Virus record (IMG/VR): IMGVR_UViG_3300020204_004581
From: a virus
Reading direction: 5' to 3' (one strand)
DNA: 64,000 nt
The stretch's first letter is position 1. Every line of letters starts with the position of its first letter. Below, one piece after another: positions 48,587 to 57,502 of this stretch. Position numbers and translations under genes: made by a program. Under the pieces are notes generated by a model that was not told the origin of the DNA, did no database searches, and saw nothing but the letters and a program-made list of their open reading frames with translations.

Positions 48587-49075
48587 TTAATATACAAGAA
48601 CACATCTGTCCATTCTCAAGGTTGTAGTTATGTTTGCCAACGCATCTTGGCTATAATTTAGTGCGTTGAAGTTAACATCTGTCAAGAACGTACCATAGAG
48701 TATCCATTTCTCAACCACTACTCCTGTTGGATCCAACATTTCAAGGTCAATGTCTTTTTTGTAACCCGCGGCGTAACCCATACGACCTGTAACAGATTCT
48801 GCGTGTAAACGAACCCACTCCATAAGAGCTTGTGCTGCAGATGGTCCAATAGGATCTCGGAATGTTACATTGATTGGTTGCCAGTTGAATCTACCAGCAA
48901 CATATGTTGATGTATTTAAAAATTGAATCTCTGTAGAAGCAATTGAAATGTGAGGTCTTGCAGCAGATTCTACAAACCACTCATTTATACCTAATGTCGA
49001 AGGAAATCTCAGAATAAATCGATTCTGACGTTTCGGTTCGTAAGGTATCGGCATTTTCATTAGTAAATCAGCCAT
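48587..49075 (-). CDS. Tail tube protein (T4 gp19-like)
   Basis: EPKRQNRF, YVAGRFNWQPINVTFRD, MLDPTGVVVEKWILYG, ITTTLRMD. Confidence 0.9.
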   Translation of the reverse strand: MADLLMKMPIPYEPKRQNRFILRFPSTLGINEWFVESAARPHISIASTEIQFLNTSTYVAGRFNWQPINVTFRDPIGPSAAQALMEWVRLHAESVTGRMGYAAGYKKDIDLEMLDPTGVVVEKWILYGTFLTDVNFNALNYSQDALANITTTLRMDRCVLVY

Positions 49076-49166
49076 AATATATTAATTTTTGTTTTTGTCT
49101 TTATAAGTATAAATATATCCCTAAAAATTTTTTTCTATTTACTTAATCCTCAAAAAAAAATATTCA

Positions 49167-49988
49167 TTATTCCATCTTAGATTTTTTTCCAGTTCCAGTG
49201 TAATAAGTTTTAACAACATTATCTGAATCTTTTTCAAACCTTTTTCTCATAACTTCCACATTTTTTAAGTCGTCATCAGAAAATCCAATAGTAGGTGTGA
49301 ATTTATTAGCAATATCTTTTTTAAGAAATGCTCTCTTGTTTAATAAAGCAGCCATGGCTTTGATGTAATTTACAAACCCTTCCATTGCTTCCACTTTTGC
49401 CTTTTCGGGGTTTTTTGCAGAATCCTCATTACCAAATGAGACTGGATGATATTTGTTTAACTCCAAATAGGTTTTTATTAATTCATCATCCGTCATTTCT
49501 CCTTCACCCACAAAAGAACGGTATTTTCTCAGATTCTTAAGTAGTTCCTTTTTACTGATACCGTTGAAATCATTGATGATATAATTGTATACTCCTTGTT
49601 TTATAGTGTTTGGGTTGTGACCTCTTGCTGTGATAATAGAAAAAATTGATCCATTATTGATTGCCTCTTTGAAGTCGTCAAATGCTGGACCTACTTTAGC
49701 TTTCATTGCGTCGATAAGGAATTGTTTGTCTCCACTTGTTCTGAAATTTCTGAAAGGGTTTTCAGCAAGTCCCACAATAATATCACCTTTGTAATCTAAA
49801 TTTTTTTTTCCTATCCTATCTCTATACTCAGCAAAATCAGCTGTTGACATACCCACCTCATCTCCATCTTTTGTTTTCAGGATAATTTCTGTTGGCATGT
49901 GAACTATGTTATCGTCCCAATCAAAAGCATAATATTTCATATCGGGACTTCCCTTTTCTGTAAAACCTTCCCTAAATTCATTTTTCAT
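49167..49988 (-). CDS. HAD-superfamily phosphatase-like protein
   Basis: Motif I AFDWDDNI, motif II IITARG, motif III K and motif IV GFSDDD. I moved the start to ATG 49988 because the track start (50021) lies in the sheath terminator. Confidence 0.65.
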   Translation of the reverse strand: MKNEFREGFTEKGSPDMKYYAFDWDDNIVHMPTEIILKTKDGDEVGMSTADFAEYRDRIGKKNLDYKGDIIVGLAENPFRNFRTSGDKQFLIDAMKAKVGPAFDDFKEAINNGSIFSIITARGHNPNTIKQGVYNYIINDFNGISKKELLKNLRKYRSFVGEGEMTDDELIKTYLELNKYHPVSFGNEDSAKNPEKAKVEAMEGFVNYIKAMAALLNKRAFLKKDIANKFTPTIGFSDDDLKNVEVMRKRFEKDSDNVVKTYYTGTGKKSKME

Positions 49989-49995
49989 CTTGGCT

Positions 49996-50019
49996 AAAAG
50001 GGGGGACATTGATCCCCCC
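49996..50019 (-). terminator. Intrinsic terminator after the tail sheath gene
   Basis: GGGGGGA-TCAATG-TCCCCCC-TTTT on the minus strand. Confidence 0.75.
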
Positions 50020-50030
50020 ATTATATTTTA

Positions 50031-53000
50031 TTAGATATTTTCGAATGTAGCACCTGCCGGTGTAATCAAAAACTCAATATCAATAAATTCAAGAGCTTTA
50101 GTTGGTTTGAGAAAAATCTTACCCGATAATGTATTTCTATCAAGATCCTCAGGTGAAGAAGAAACGGTCACACGGAAGTCGTACACACCTCTGTCTCTTC
50201 TGATTGAGTCCATAATAGGGTTAACACTATCCAAGAATTGTTGTCTTACAATTTCATCGTTTTGCTCGAACAACAATCTAACTGCTACAGCGGAAATCAA
50301 CTTACGAGCTTGTAGTAACAGTCTTCTAACGTTCAATCTGTCAAGAGCAGAGTCAGCAATTTGAAGTGTTTTGTTACCAAAAATTACAGTACCTACATCT
50401 GAAAAAGTCGCGATTGGGTTAATTCTTCCTTGATAAAGAGTGTCTCTATCCTCTTGAGTTAACTTGATCCGAGCCTTAATTGAATTTACCAAACCTCTTG
50501 TGTAACCCGCAGATGCGTACCAAGGGAAAGCAATGTTGTCAGTCAAAGCTAAGTTTCTACAAACCTCACCCGTTGCAGGGATGTAAAGTTGTGTGTTATT
50601 TACTGTGTCTCTTGTTAAGATCCAAGGATAGTAGGTAGCAGTGTAATTAGAATCTATACCTGTTTCTTCCAAATTGTTAACCGCCTCAGTTGGGTAAATT
50701 AAACCAATGTTATCGTATGTTGTTGGAAGGAACATATCGTAGTCAGGAGTAGTACAGATATAGATAGAATCTGCTCTGTCGTCCTCAACCATGTCTACAG
50801 CATATTCAACTAGACCGCTGTTATTCACATAATCGATACCTGGAGAAACAAAAACATTAATGTTTGTAGCCTCAGGATTAGCAAAAGTCGCAATACCAAG
50901 TTGGTAAGCGTAGAAATCACTGTTTCCCCAATTTGATACCAAGTCACCATAAGCATAGTCTCTGAAAGCACCCCAACCAGTAGCTGTAGGATATCTTGAG
51001 GTTGGACAAGCACCTTTGAGGTAACCTGAAGCACCTAAGATATATTCATCTGTATTGGTTCTTGATTCTCTGTAGATATCCCATCCATCAAATCCACCAG
51101 CAAAACATATTGTGAATTTTCTAGCAAAGATTCTATAGTAAGGGTTTGTAGGAGAGGTAGGTTCAGAGTTGAAACTTGCAACACCAACTTCGAAAGCTGA
51201 TTGACCACTTGTCATAAACGTATTTGCAATTTCCACAACAGTTGCGCCTGAGTCCATGTGGAAACCTTTTGTTCTATAATTGAAAGGTGTCTCAACATTT
51301 GTATCACAATGATCAGAAATATTTTGATACCCTTTAAACTGTAAAAGCGATTCATCAATACCTAATGTATTTGAGAAACCTAAAAATGTTCTTCTAACAT
51401 TATCACCCGAACTTGTAACAACATTTGAACCACCATTTGTCGTACCAAAAGGAGGATTGTAAATTACTTGACCAGGGAAATAGTAAGCTGTTTTATAAAT
51501 CGGTATAGGTGATTGATTATTTCCTGAATAATCTCTCATATTATATCCTTCGAATCCACAAGGAAGTGCATCAATAGGATATTCTTCTGAGAGCTCAACC
51601 ATAATGTATGCCGAATTCAAAGGATACTCACCATCAGACGATCCAATCTTTTTAGCAACAAATGAGTTAGATGCTGGATCCATAGTACAGTTCGTGAATT
51701 TTTCAAGAACCACAGGATTAGCATCAGTATCGAAGAAAGATCTAACCACGATATCAAATGTCGAGTTGTTGAACGACATGTTCATGATAGAAATTTTTAC
51801 CTGTGTATTTGCTGCGTCTCCGTCAGAAATAGAAACAAACTTGAATAGATTGTAAACTTTATTACCTCTAAGTTCCGAAACCACATACGGTGTTGTTGGA
51901 CTTTGATATTCAAATAAGTTATTTGCGATTGAAGAAATATTTCCACCTCGTGCTTCAGGAAGTGATACGAAGTCTGGAACAATACCACGGATATAACCGT
52001 TATTGTATGACCAGTTCAACATTGTTTGATATATCTCCTCAACAAAGACGGGGATATCCAACCTCGACTTAGAAAAGTTAGAAACACTTAATACTTTGGT
52101 TATGTATTCGGAATCGGAAGATTGGAATGATGTTTCGATTGAGAAAACATCACCTTCATATGTCTCACCTGTTATCGCGAATGTTGCATACGGGTTTGAA
52201 GTTAGACCTGAGTATGACCCAGAGGTGTCCAAACCAAGATCTGTTGAGCCTGTTACTTGATATCTCGGGCCTGCTGTGGTCGCGTTATAAAGAGATATAC
52301 CTCTTGACCTCAAAGTAGCGACAACTAAGTTGTCGTACTCAGAGAAAGACGTACCTGAATAGGTATAAATAGTTCCACTCATAGCACCTGAAAAAATTTC
52401 ATATGTTGCTGAAGTTCCACCAGTTACTTTTGAACAGTAGGTTAAGAATGAATACCCTGTGTAACTATTTGTTGTAAGATCTGGTTTGTCAAATGTTGCA
52501 TAATACCACTCATCATTTGTCTCTGCTGAGTATACTATGGTTGAATTATCCACATCACTACAATCAAACACGTTTTCTACAGTGTATGAAGATGGATCAA
52601 AATCAGATGTATCAATAGCCCCGTACACATACAAACTATCTCCTGAAGTAGCACCCGAGGCATTAGCAATACCCATAATTTGAGATTCAATATCCTCTCT
52701 CAAAGAAGAGACAGAACCGTCGTTCTGAGTGTAAGGTATATCAAGAGTATCGAAGATAATGTCTGGTACTGTTGACCCTGTCGGCGATGTAGACGCGAGC
52801 TGAGTTATTGTAATTGTTCCACCACTGTTACCTGAGAAGGTGAAAGCGAAGTCAACAGGAGATCCCGAAGTTCCAATTGTTGATTGATCGACATTAGCTA
52901 TTGTTGTGAAAGACCAAGAGGGTCCCGCATCATATCCTGATAGACCAAGAACTCTTGTCACGAACAATTGGTTCGATTGTTGAAGATACGACTTAGCGAT

Positions 53001-53237
53001 GTAAGCCGCTTCATATTTAGGTATTTGAGTGTTAACAAATTTCTCGGGGGACGTTGGACCAAAAAGAGCTTGGAACTGATCGAAACTTGTTATAAAAATT
53101 GGTTCGAAGGCTGGACCAGTCAAGGTTTCACCAACGATACCTAAAGTGGTTACTCCCACACTCTGAGATATGAATGATAAATCAGTCTCTCTGGTGTAAA
53201 CACCAGGTGATACGAATACTTTTTGTGCTGTTGCCAT
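50031..53237 (-). CDS. Tail sheath protein (T4 gp18-like)
   Basis: VSPGVYTRETDLS, PWYASAGYTRG, RINPIATF, GNKTLQ, RLNVRRLL, LKPTKALEFIDIEF. Confidence 0.95.
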   Translation of the reverse strand: MATAQKVFVSPGVYTRETDLSFISQSVGVTTLGIVGETLTGPAFEPIFITSFDQFQALFGPTSPEKFVNTQIPKYEAAYIAKSYLQQSNQLFVTRVLGLSGYDAGPSWSFTTIANVDQSTIGTSGSPVDFAFTFSGNSGGTITITQLASTSPTGSTVPDIIFDTLDIPYTQNDGSVSSLREDIESQIMGIANASGATSGDSLYVYGAIDTSDFDPSSYTVENVFDCSDVDNSTIVYSAETNDEWYYATFDKPDLTTNSYTGYSFLTYCSKVTGGTSATYEIFSGAMSGTIYTYSGTSFSEYDNLVVATLRSRGISLYNATTAGPRYQVTGSTDLGLDTSGSYSGLTSNPYATFAITGETYEGDVFSIETSFQSSDSEYITKVLSVSNFSKSRLDIPVFVEEIYQTMLNWSYNNGYIRGIVPDFVSLPEARGGNISSIANNLFEYQSPTTPYVVSELRGNKVYNLFKFVSISDGDAANTQVKISIMNMSFNNSTFDIVVRSFFDTDANPVVLEKFTNCTMDPASNSFVAKKIGSSDGEYPLNSAYIMVELSEEYPIDALPCGFEGYNMRDYSGNNQSPIPIYKTAYYFPGQVIYNPPFGTTNGGSNVVTSSGDNVRRTFLGFSNTLGIDESLLQFKGYQNISDHCDTNVETPFNYRTKGFHMDSGATVVEIANTFMTSGQSAFEVGVASFNSEPTSPTNPYYRIFARKFTICFAGGFDGWDIYRESRTNTDEYILGASGYLKGACPTSRYPTATGWGAFRDYAYGDLVSNWGNSDFYAYQLGIATFANPEATNINVFVSPGIDYVNNSGLVEYAVDMVEDDRADSIYICTTPDYDMFLPTTYDNIGLIYPTEAVNNLEETGIDSNYTATYYPWILTRDTVNNTQLYIPATGEVCRNLALTDNIAFPWYASAGYTRGLVNSIKARIKLTQEDRDTLYQGRINPIATFSDVGTVIFGNKTLQIADSALDRLNVRRLLLQARKLISAVAVRLLFEQNDEIVRQQFLDSVNPIMDSIRRDRGVYDFRVTVSSSPEDLDRNTLSGKIFLKPTKALEFIDIEFLITPAGATFENI

Positions 53238-53355
53238 TATTAAAAGGTTCTAGTTGAATTTATTTTATTCATAAATATTAAATTAAAGACAAAAATCTTT
53301 GTTCCTGAATATGTATTTGTAAATCAGGATATTTAATTCTGCCTTTTTTCTGCCT

Positions 53356-53529
53356 ATGAAAACACCCCCTAAATCGAACAAAGAGATAAAGAATATAAAA
53401 ATCTCAATAGAGTCTCACGAAAGATTGAGAAGATACTGTGATAAGAGGGGTTTGAAAATTTACAAATTCTTGGAAAACCTCATAATGGAGAGATGCAAAG
53501 AAAAGACTGACCTTTACGGCGAGGATTAG
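53356..53529 (+). CDS. Ribbon-helix-helix (CopG/Arc-like) DNA-binding protein, 57 aa
   Basis: Below the track cut-off. MKTPPKSNKEIKNIKISIESHERLRRYCDKRGLKIYKFLENLIMERCKEKTDLYGED: alternating beta strand KNIKIS, helix, Gly turn, helix. Confidence 0.7.
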   Translation: MKTPPKSNKEIKNIKISIESHERLRRYCDKRGLKIYKFLENLIMERCKEKTDLYGED

Positions 53530-54566
53530 AGTAGTTTAGCAATATACTCCAAAGATGACACTGCAGATGCGTCCTCAGGTATTATCTCGAATCTTACCGT
53601 ATCTCCTGATGTGATTTGAATTGTGGAAACATCTTGACCATAATAATAGTCATTCAGGTAGACATCCCAAGTTTCAAGGTTTATTTTACTATTAAAATTT
53701 AGATTCGCAGTGTATTTGAAATTCTCAGTATATCCTGTTTCACCGACACTAAAATTAAAAGTCAGAGGAAATTCTGTTGCGTTCTCTGGATATATCTTTT
53801 TTGGCTTTCTTCTTTTGAAATTACTTGTTTCTATAAGTTGGACCGTTCTTGAAATTGCTGGTTTTACCTGAAATTCTTCCTCATCTATTAAGAATCCCAT
53901 CATTAAAAAATCATAATTTTGAATATAATATTTTCTCTTGTCTAATTCTAAGACAGACTCATTAGAAACGTTCTGTAATATGATTGGAACAAAATGTCCT
54001 TTTACAAAAGTATAAGCCTGACGAGAAGCAAACTTCTGCATTACAATCTTATTTAGTTGGTTCAACTCACGCATCCTATTACACATAAACTTTAGACTAT
54101 AAATTATATCAACTGGCACTGGTTGAGGTATAGTGTATATGTCAATTCCTTTCCTTTGACCGTCCCACGTTGGGACTGTTGCAAAATAATACTGTCTTCT
54201 GTTCGGTATATTGTAAATAAGTGATGGATTTGATCCGTATTTGACATCTGGATTTCTAACAACAGTCATGAAAGGAACCTTGACGTTTTTATCTAAATCA
54301 CTAAAGTTCCAAGTCTCAGTAAACTGTGACCAATTCTGAGTTGTAATTATAATATCAACAACTGGCACCACCTTTCCTGATGTTACAGTCTCAAGATCTT
54401 TCTTCACAAAATCTAACATACCTCTATCCAAATCAGCGTGTAAAACAGACTTGGGTAAAAAAGTACCATCTCTTGTAATGTAATCCAAAAGCTGTTCCCT
54501 ACGAGCTAAAAGCTCTTTCTGAGGTACTAAATCAATTTTCTTTTTTACTTGTTTGGGAAACGGCAT
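53526..54566 (-). CDS. Tail completion/terminator-like protein (T4 gp15-like)
   Basis: VPFMTVVR and IPQPVPVDIIYSLKF motifs; located between the neck and sheath genes. Confidence 0.55.
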   Translation of the reverse strand: MPFPKQVKKKIDLVPQKELLARREQLLDYITRDGTFLPKSVLHADLDRGMLDFVKKDLETVTSGKVVPVVDIIITTQNWSQFTETWNFSDLDKNVKVPFMTVVRNPDVKYGSNPSLIYNIPNRRQYYFATVPTWDGQRKGIDIYTIPQPVPVDIIYSLKFMCNRMRELNQLNKIVMQKFASRQAYTFVKGHFVPIILQNVSNESVLELDKRKYYIQNYDFLMMGFLIDEEEFQVKPAISRTVQLIETSNFKRRKPKKIYPENATEFPLTFNFSVGETGYTENFKYTANLNFNSKINLETWDVYLNDYYYGQDVSTIQITSGDTVRFEIIPEDASAVSSLEYIAKLL

Positions 54567-54989
54567 TTATGGTTCTATTAAATGGATTTTATTTTTAGCG
54601 TTAATCAAAGCAACTTCTGATGCGTGATATATTGGCTCTTGTGTAGATTTGATTACAAAAGAATCATTAATGTATGGGTCATATGAAATAATTTCCGATT
54701 GGTCCATGTTTGGAATATTTTCACAATTTTGCACACAATAATCCTCGATTGTCCCAATCACAAATGCATGAACGTTTTTTGATTTATCTTTTCTTACTCT
54801 CTCCCTACCACCTTTTCTCACACGAAACTCAACGTCATACAAATAAACGTAATCGGCGTGTAAGACAACAATACCATTTTTTTGAACCGAGAACGTATGT
54901 TTGTGTAAATTATAGTAAACCATAACTTTTTGACCAAGTATGTTGTCACGGAGCAAAGACTCTTGTGATTCTGAAATTAAATAAATCAT
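54567..54989 (-). CDS. Conserved phage hypothetical protein
   Basis: VYYNLHKHTFSV...GRERVRKDKSKNVHAFVIG...YDPY motif; N-terminal LISESQ. Confidence 0.65.
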   Translation of the reverse strand: MIYLISESQESLLRDNILGQKVMVYYNLHKHTFSVQKNGIVVLHADYVYLYDVEFRVRKGGRERVRKDKSKNVHAFVIGTIEDYCVQNCENIPNMDQSEIISYDPYINDSFVIKSTQEPIYHASEVALINAKNKIHLIEP

Positions 54990-55498
54990 AAACCTCTGAA
55001 CTCGTTATCGTTTACATAAGTGGCAACTATTGTTCTGTAGAACGGCTTGTAACCACCATAAGTGTGTTTATTGTCTGAGTTAACCCTTCCATCATCAACA
55101 ACACTATAATATCTGACTCTATTTTCAGTCTCATAATATCCTATGTAGTCTCCAAAATCTATAGAGATCTCTAAATCGTCCAAGGTCTTTTGATAAACTG
55201 AAATCTGAATATTTCCCGGTTCAGATTGCGTAATTCTTGACCCACCCAGCATCGTGTTTGTTGGTATAAGAACCTTAACATATCCCTTAAACTCAACGGG
55301 AGGTAAGAATTGAATACCGTCTTGTAGAGCTTCTCCGTATACGTCATCTGTCTTTGTCTTTTTCTTATCAACCTTGTATAACACCAAAGTAAAATTCATG
55401 TCACCTTCCAACCACTCTTCACCCATACCGATATCAAGTGCGTAGTCTTCTCCACCAAAGAACTTACCTAACCTTGTAATTGGGACCTGTCTTTCCAT
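54986..55498 (-). CDS. Head-tail connector / neck protein (gp14-like)
   Basis: TDDVYGEA...FLPPVEF...GDYIGY. The start is probably ATG 55498, since the track start overlaps the TATTTAT motif. Confidence 0.55.
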   Translation of the reverse strand: MERQVPITRLGKFFGGEDYALDIGMGEEWLEGDMNFTLVLYKVDKKKTKTDDVYGEALQDGIQFLPPVEFKGYVKVLIPTNTMLGGSRITQSEPGNIQISVYQKTLDDLEISIDFGDYIGYYETENRVRYYSVVDDGRVNSDNKHTYGGYKPFYRTIVATYVNDNEFRGL

Positions 55499-55500
55499 TG

Positions 55501-55531
55501 TTGATAAATACATCGGAAAGAATTATATTTG
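55501..55531 (+). promoter_or_regulatory. Putative host-type promoter (Bacteroidota TTG-N20-TAnnTTTG; also reads as TTGATA-N17-TATATT)
   Basis: TTG at 55501-55503 and TATATTTG at 55524-55531, at the strand switch. Confidence 0.6.
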
Positions 55532-55545
55532 TTTTCAAAAATGAT

Positions 55546-55686
55546 ATGAAAATAAACCCACCAACCAAAATATACTTGAATAATAGTCCAATACATGGTT
55601 TAGGTGTGATTGCCTCAGATAGTATAAAGATGTCGGGTGTGATAGAAATATGTCCTATAGTTGAGATGAATTTTATTGGGGCATGA
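55546..55686 (+). pseudogene. Truncated SET-domain protein (N-terminal 46 aa only)
   Basis: IYLNNSPIHGLGVIASDSIKMSGVIEICP matches the SET N-terminal motif; the NHS and ELxxDY motifs are absent. Confidence 0.6.
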
Positions 55687-55711
55687 TTAAAAAAAATAAG
55701 GTAGAGAACAA

Positions 55712-57466
55712 ATGAGTGACATATCAATAGAATCGAAAGCCCTTTCTTTATTAGAGATCTATGAAGGATCCAACAATTACATTCAAGAACTCAAACGCAA
55801 ATTTAAACTTAACAGGAAATTTTATCCAACGAGAAGTCAATCTGAATATATTATAAACAACCACGACAAACCACCAAAGGTTGCGAAGAAATGGGCGATG
55901 CTTGACACATATTTCGCACAAAAACTGGCAAACGATAAATTATACACACAGATACCTGAAAAGATTTGGGTGGAAAAGTTATTAGCCGAGAAAGAGAAAG
56001 CTTATCATATATGGGGTAAATTTTTTGAAACTGAATCACTTCATGAATTTTGGTTACCAAAGGCCGCAGTGATAAAAGACCACACAGTAAAAGATGTAAA
56101 AATAGATTATGAAAAATATTCAAATAGACCACCGCTTGCTCATCAGAAAGAAGCCATTCAAAAGTTGGTCGAAAATAAAAGATATGTGCTTGCAGATGAT
56201 ATGGGTCTTGGCAAAACCACCTCTACCATTATAGCGGCTTTAGAAGCTAAGGCCAAGAAGATCCTGATTATCTGTCCCGCAAGTTTGAAGATAAATTGGC
56301 AGAGAGAAATCGAAAATTACTCAAAAAAATCAATTTATATTTCAGAAGGTAAGAACTTCAGCAAAGATCATGATTTCGTTATTATAAATTACGACATTAT
56401 AAAAAATTTCCATGACCCTAAAAAGAAAGATGATTCGCAAATTCTTAATGCCGGTTTTGATTTGGTTGTTATTGATGAAGCACACTATATCAAAAATCCT
56501 CAAGCCCAAAGAACAAAACTAATCAACGACTTTGTTAAAAGAGTTGACAGACTTTGGTTATTAACCGGTACTCCCATGACCTCAAGACCCATAGATTATT
56601 ATAATCTGTTGAACCTTGTGGATTCTCCTGTTGCAAAAAACTGGATGGCGTATGTTATCCGATACTGTGAGGGATATCAATTCAAAGTTGGGGCTAGAAA
56701 AGTTTGGAACGTTATGGGTGCATCCAATCTTGAGGAACTAAGAGACAGAACCTCCAATTTGGTACTAAGGAGACTAAAGGAAAATGTTTTAGATCTACCT
56801 GATAAAATTATTACTCCTGTTTACCTGAGATTAAAATCAAAAAAATATGAGGAAGTAATGGGTGACTACTACAATTGGTATGAAAAAAACCCTGACGAAA
56901 GCAAATCTCTTACCGTTCAATTTACTAAACTGACAGAAGTTAGGCAAGTTATTGCAGATGAAAAAATATTGAACACAATCGAACTCGCAGAAAATATTAT
57001 TGAACAGGGAAAGAAGGTAATAATATTTTGTAATTTCACAAACTCCTTAGAAAAAATAATAGAACACTTCGGTAAATCTGCAGTAAGATTAGATGGATCA
57101 ATGTCCAAACCCGACCGACAAAATAGTGTTGATAGATTTCAGAACGATGATAAAGTAAAAGTATTTGTTGGAAACATTAAAGCTGCAGGAGTTGGTATTA
57201 CTTTAACAGCCGCTGAAGCTGTTATAATGAATGACCTGTCTTTTTTGCCTTCAGACCACTCACAAGCTGAAGACCGAGCTTATAGATACGGTCAAAAAAA
57301 CAATGTGTTAGTATATTATCCAATATTTGAAAATACTATCGAAGGTATCATTTACGACATTCTAAATAACAAAAAACAAGTTATTGCTACGGTCATGGGT
57401 GATTTAAAAAATGATGTCGATATTGTAGAAGAAATCATGAAACAAATTAATGAACGTAGACAATAA
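55712..57466 (+). CDS. SNF2-family (SMARCAL1/ZRANB3-like) helicase
   Basis: LADDMGLGKT, DEAH, LLTGTP, AAGVGITLTAA, QAEDRAYRYGQ. Confidence 0.9.
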   Translation: MSDISIESKALSLLEIYEGSNNYIQELKRKFKLNRKFYPTRSQSEYIINNHDKPPKVAKKWAMLDTYFAQKLANDKLYTQIPEKIWVEKLLAEKEKAYHIWGKFFETESLHEFWLPKAAVIKDHTVKDVKIDYEKYSNRPPLAHQKEAIQKLVENKRYVLADDMGLGKTTSTIIAALEAKAKKILIICPASLKINWQREIENYSKKSIYISEGKNFSKDHDFVIINYDIIKNFHDPKKKDDSQILNAGFDLVVIDEAHYIKNPQAQRTKLINDFVKRVDRLWLLTGTPMTSRPIDYYNLLNLVDSPVAKNWMAYVIRYCEGYQFKVGARKVWNVMGASNLEELRDRTSNLVLRRLKENVLDLPDKIITPVYLRLKSKKYEEVMGDYYNWYEKNPDESKSLTVQFTKLTEVRQVIADEKILNTIELAENIIEQGKKVIIFCNFTNSLEKIIEHFGKSAVRLDGSMSKPDRQNSVDRFQNDDKVKVFVGNIKAAGVGITLTAAEAVIMNDLSFLPSDHSQAEDRAYRYGQKNNVLVYYPIFENTIEGIIYDILNNKKQVIATVMGDLKNDVDIVEEIMKQINERRQ

Positions 57467-57502
57467 CGAACTTATGGATTATTTATAGAATAATCGAATG
57501 TT

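Noticed and set aside
23017-53237. Bacterial contractile injection system or tailocin rather than a phage
   Set aside because: Neck proteins, a DNA polymerase, helicase, SSB, recombinase and RNR are interleaved with the tail genes, which indicates a lytic phage genome.
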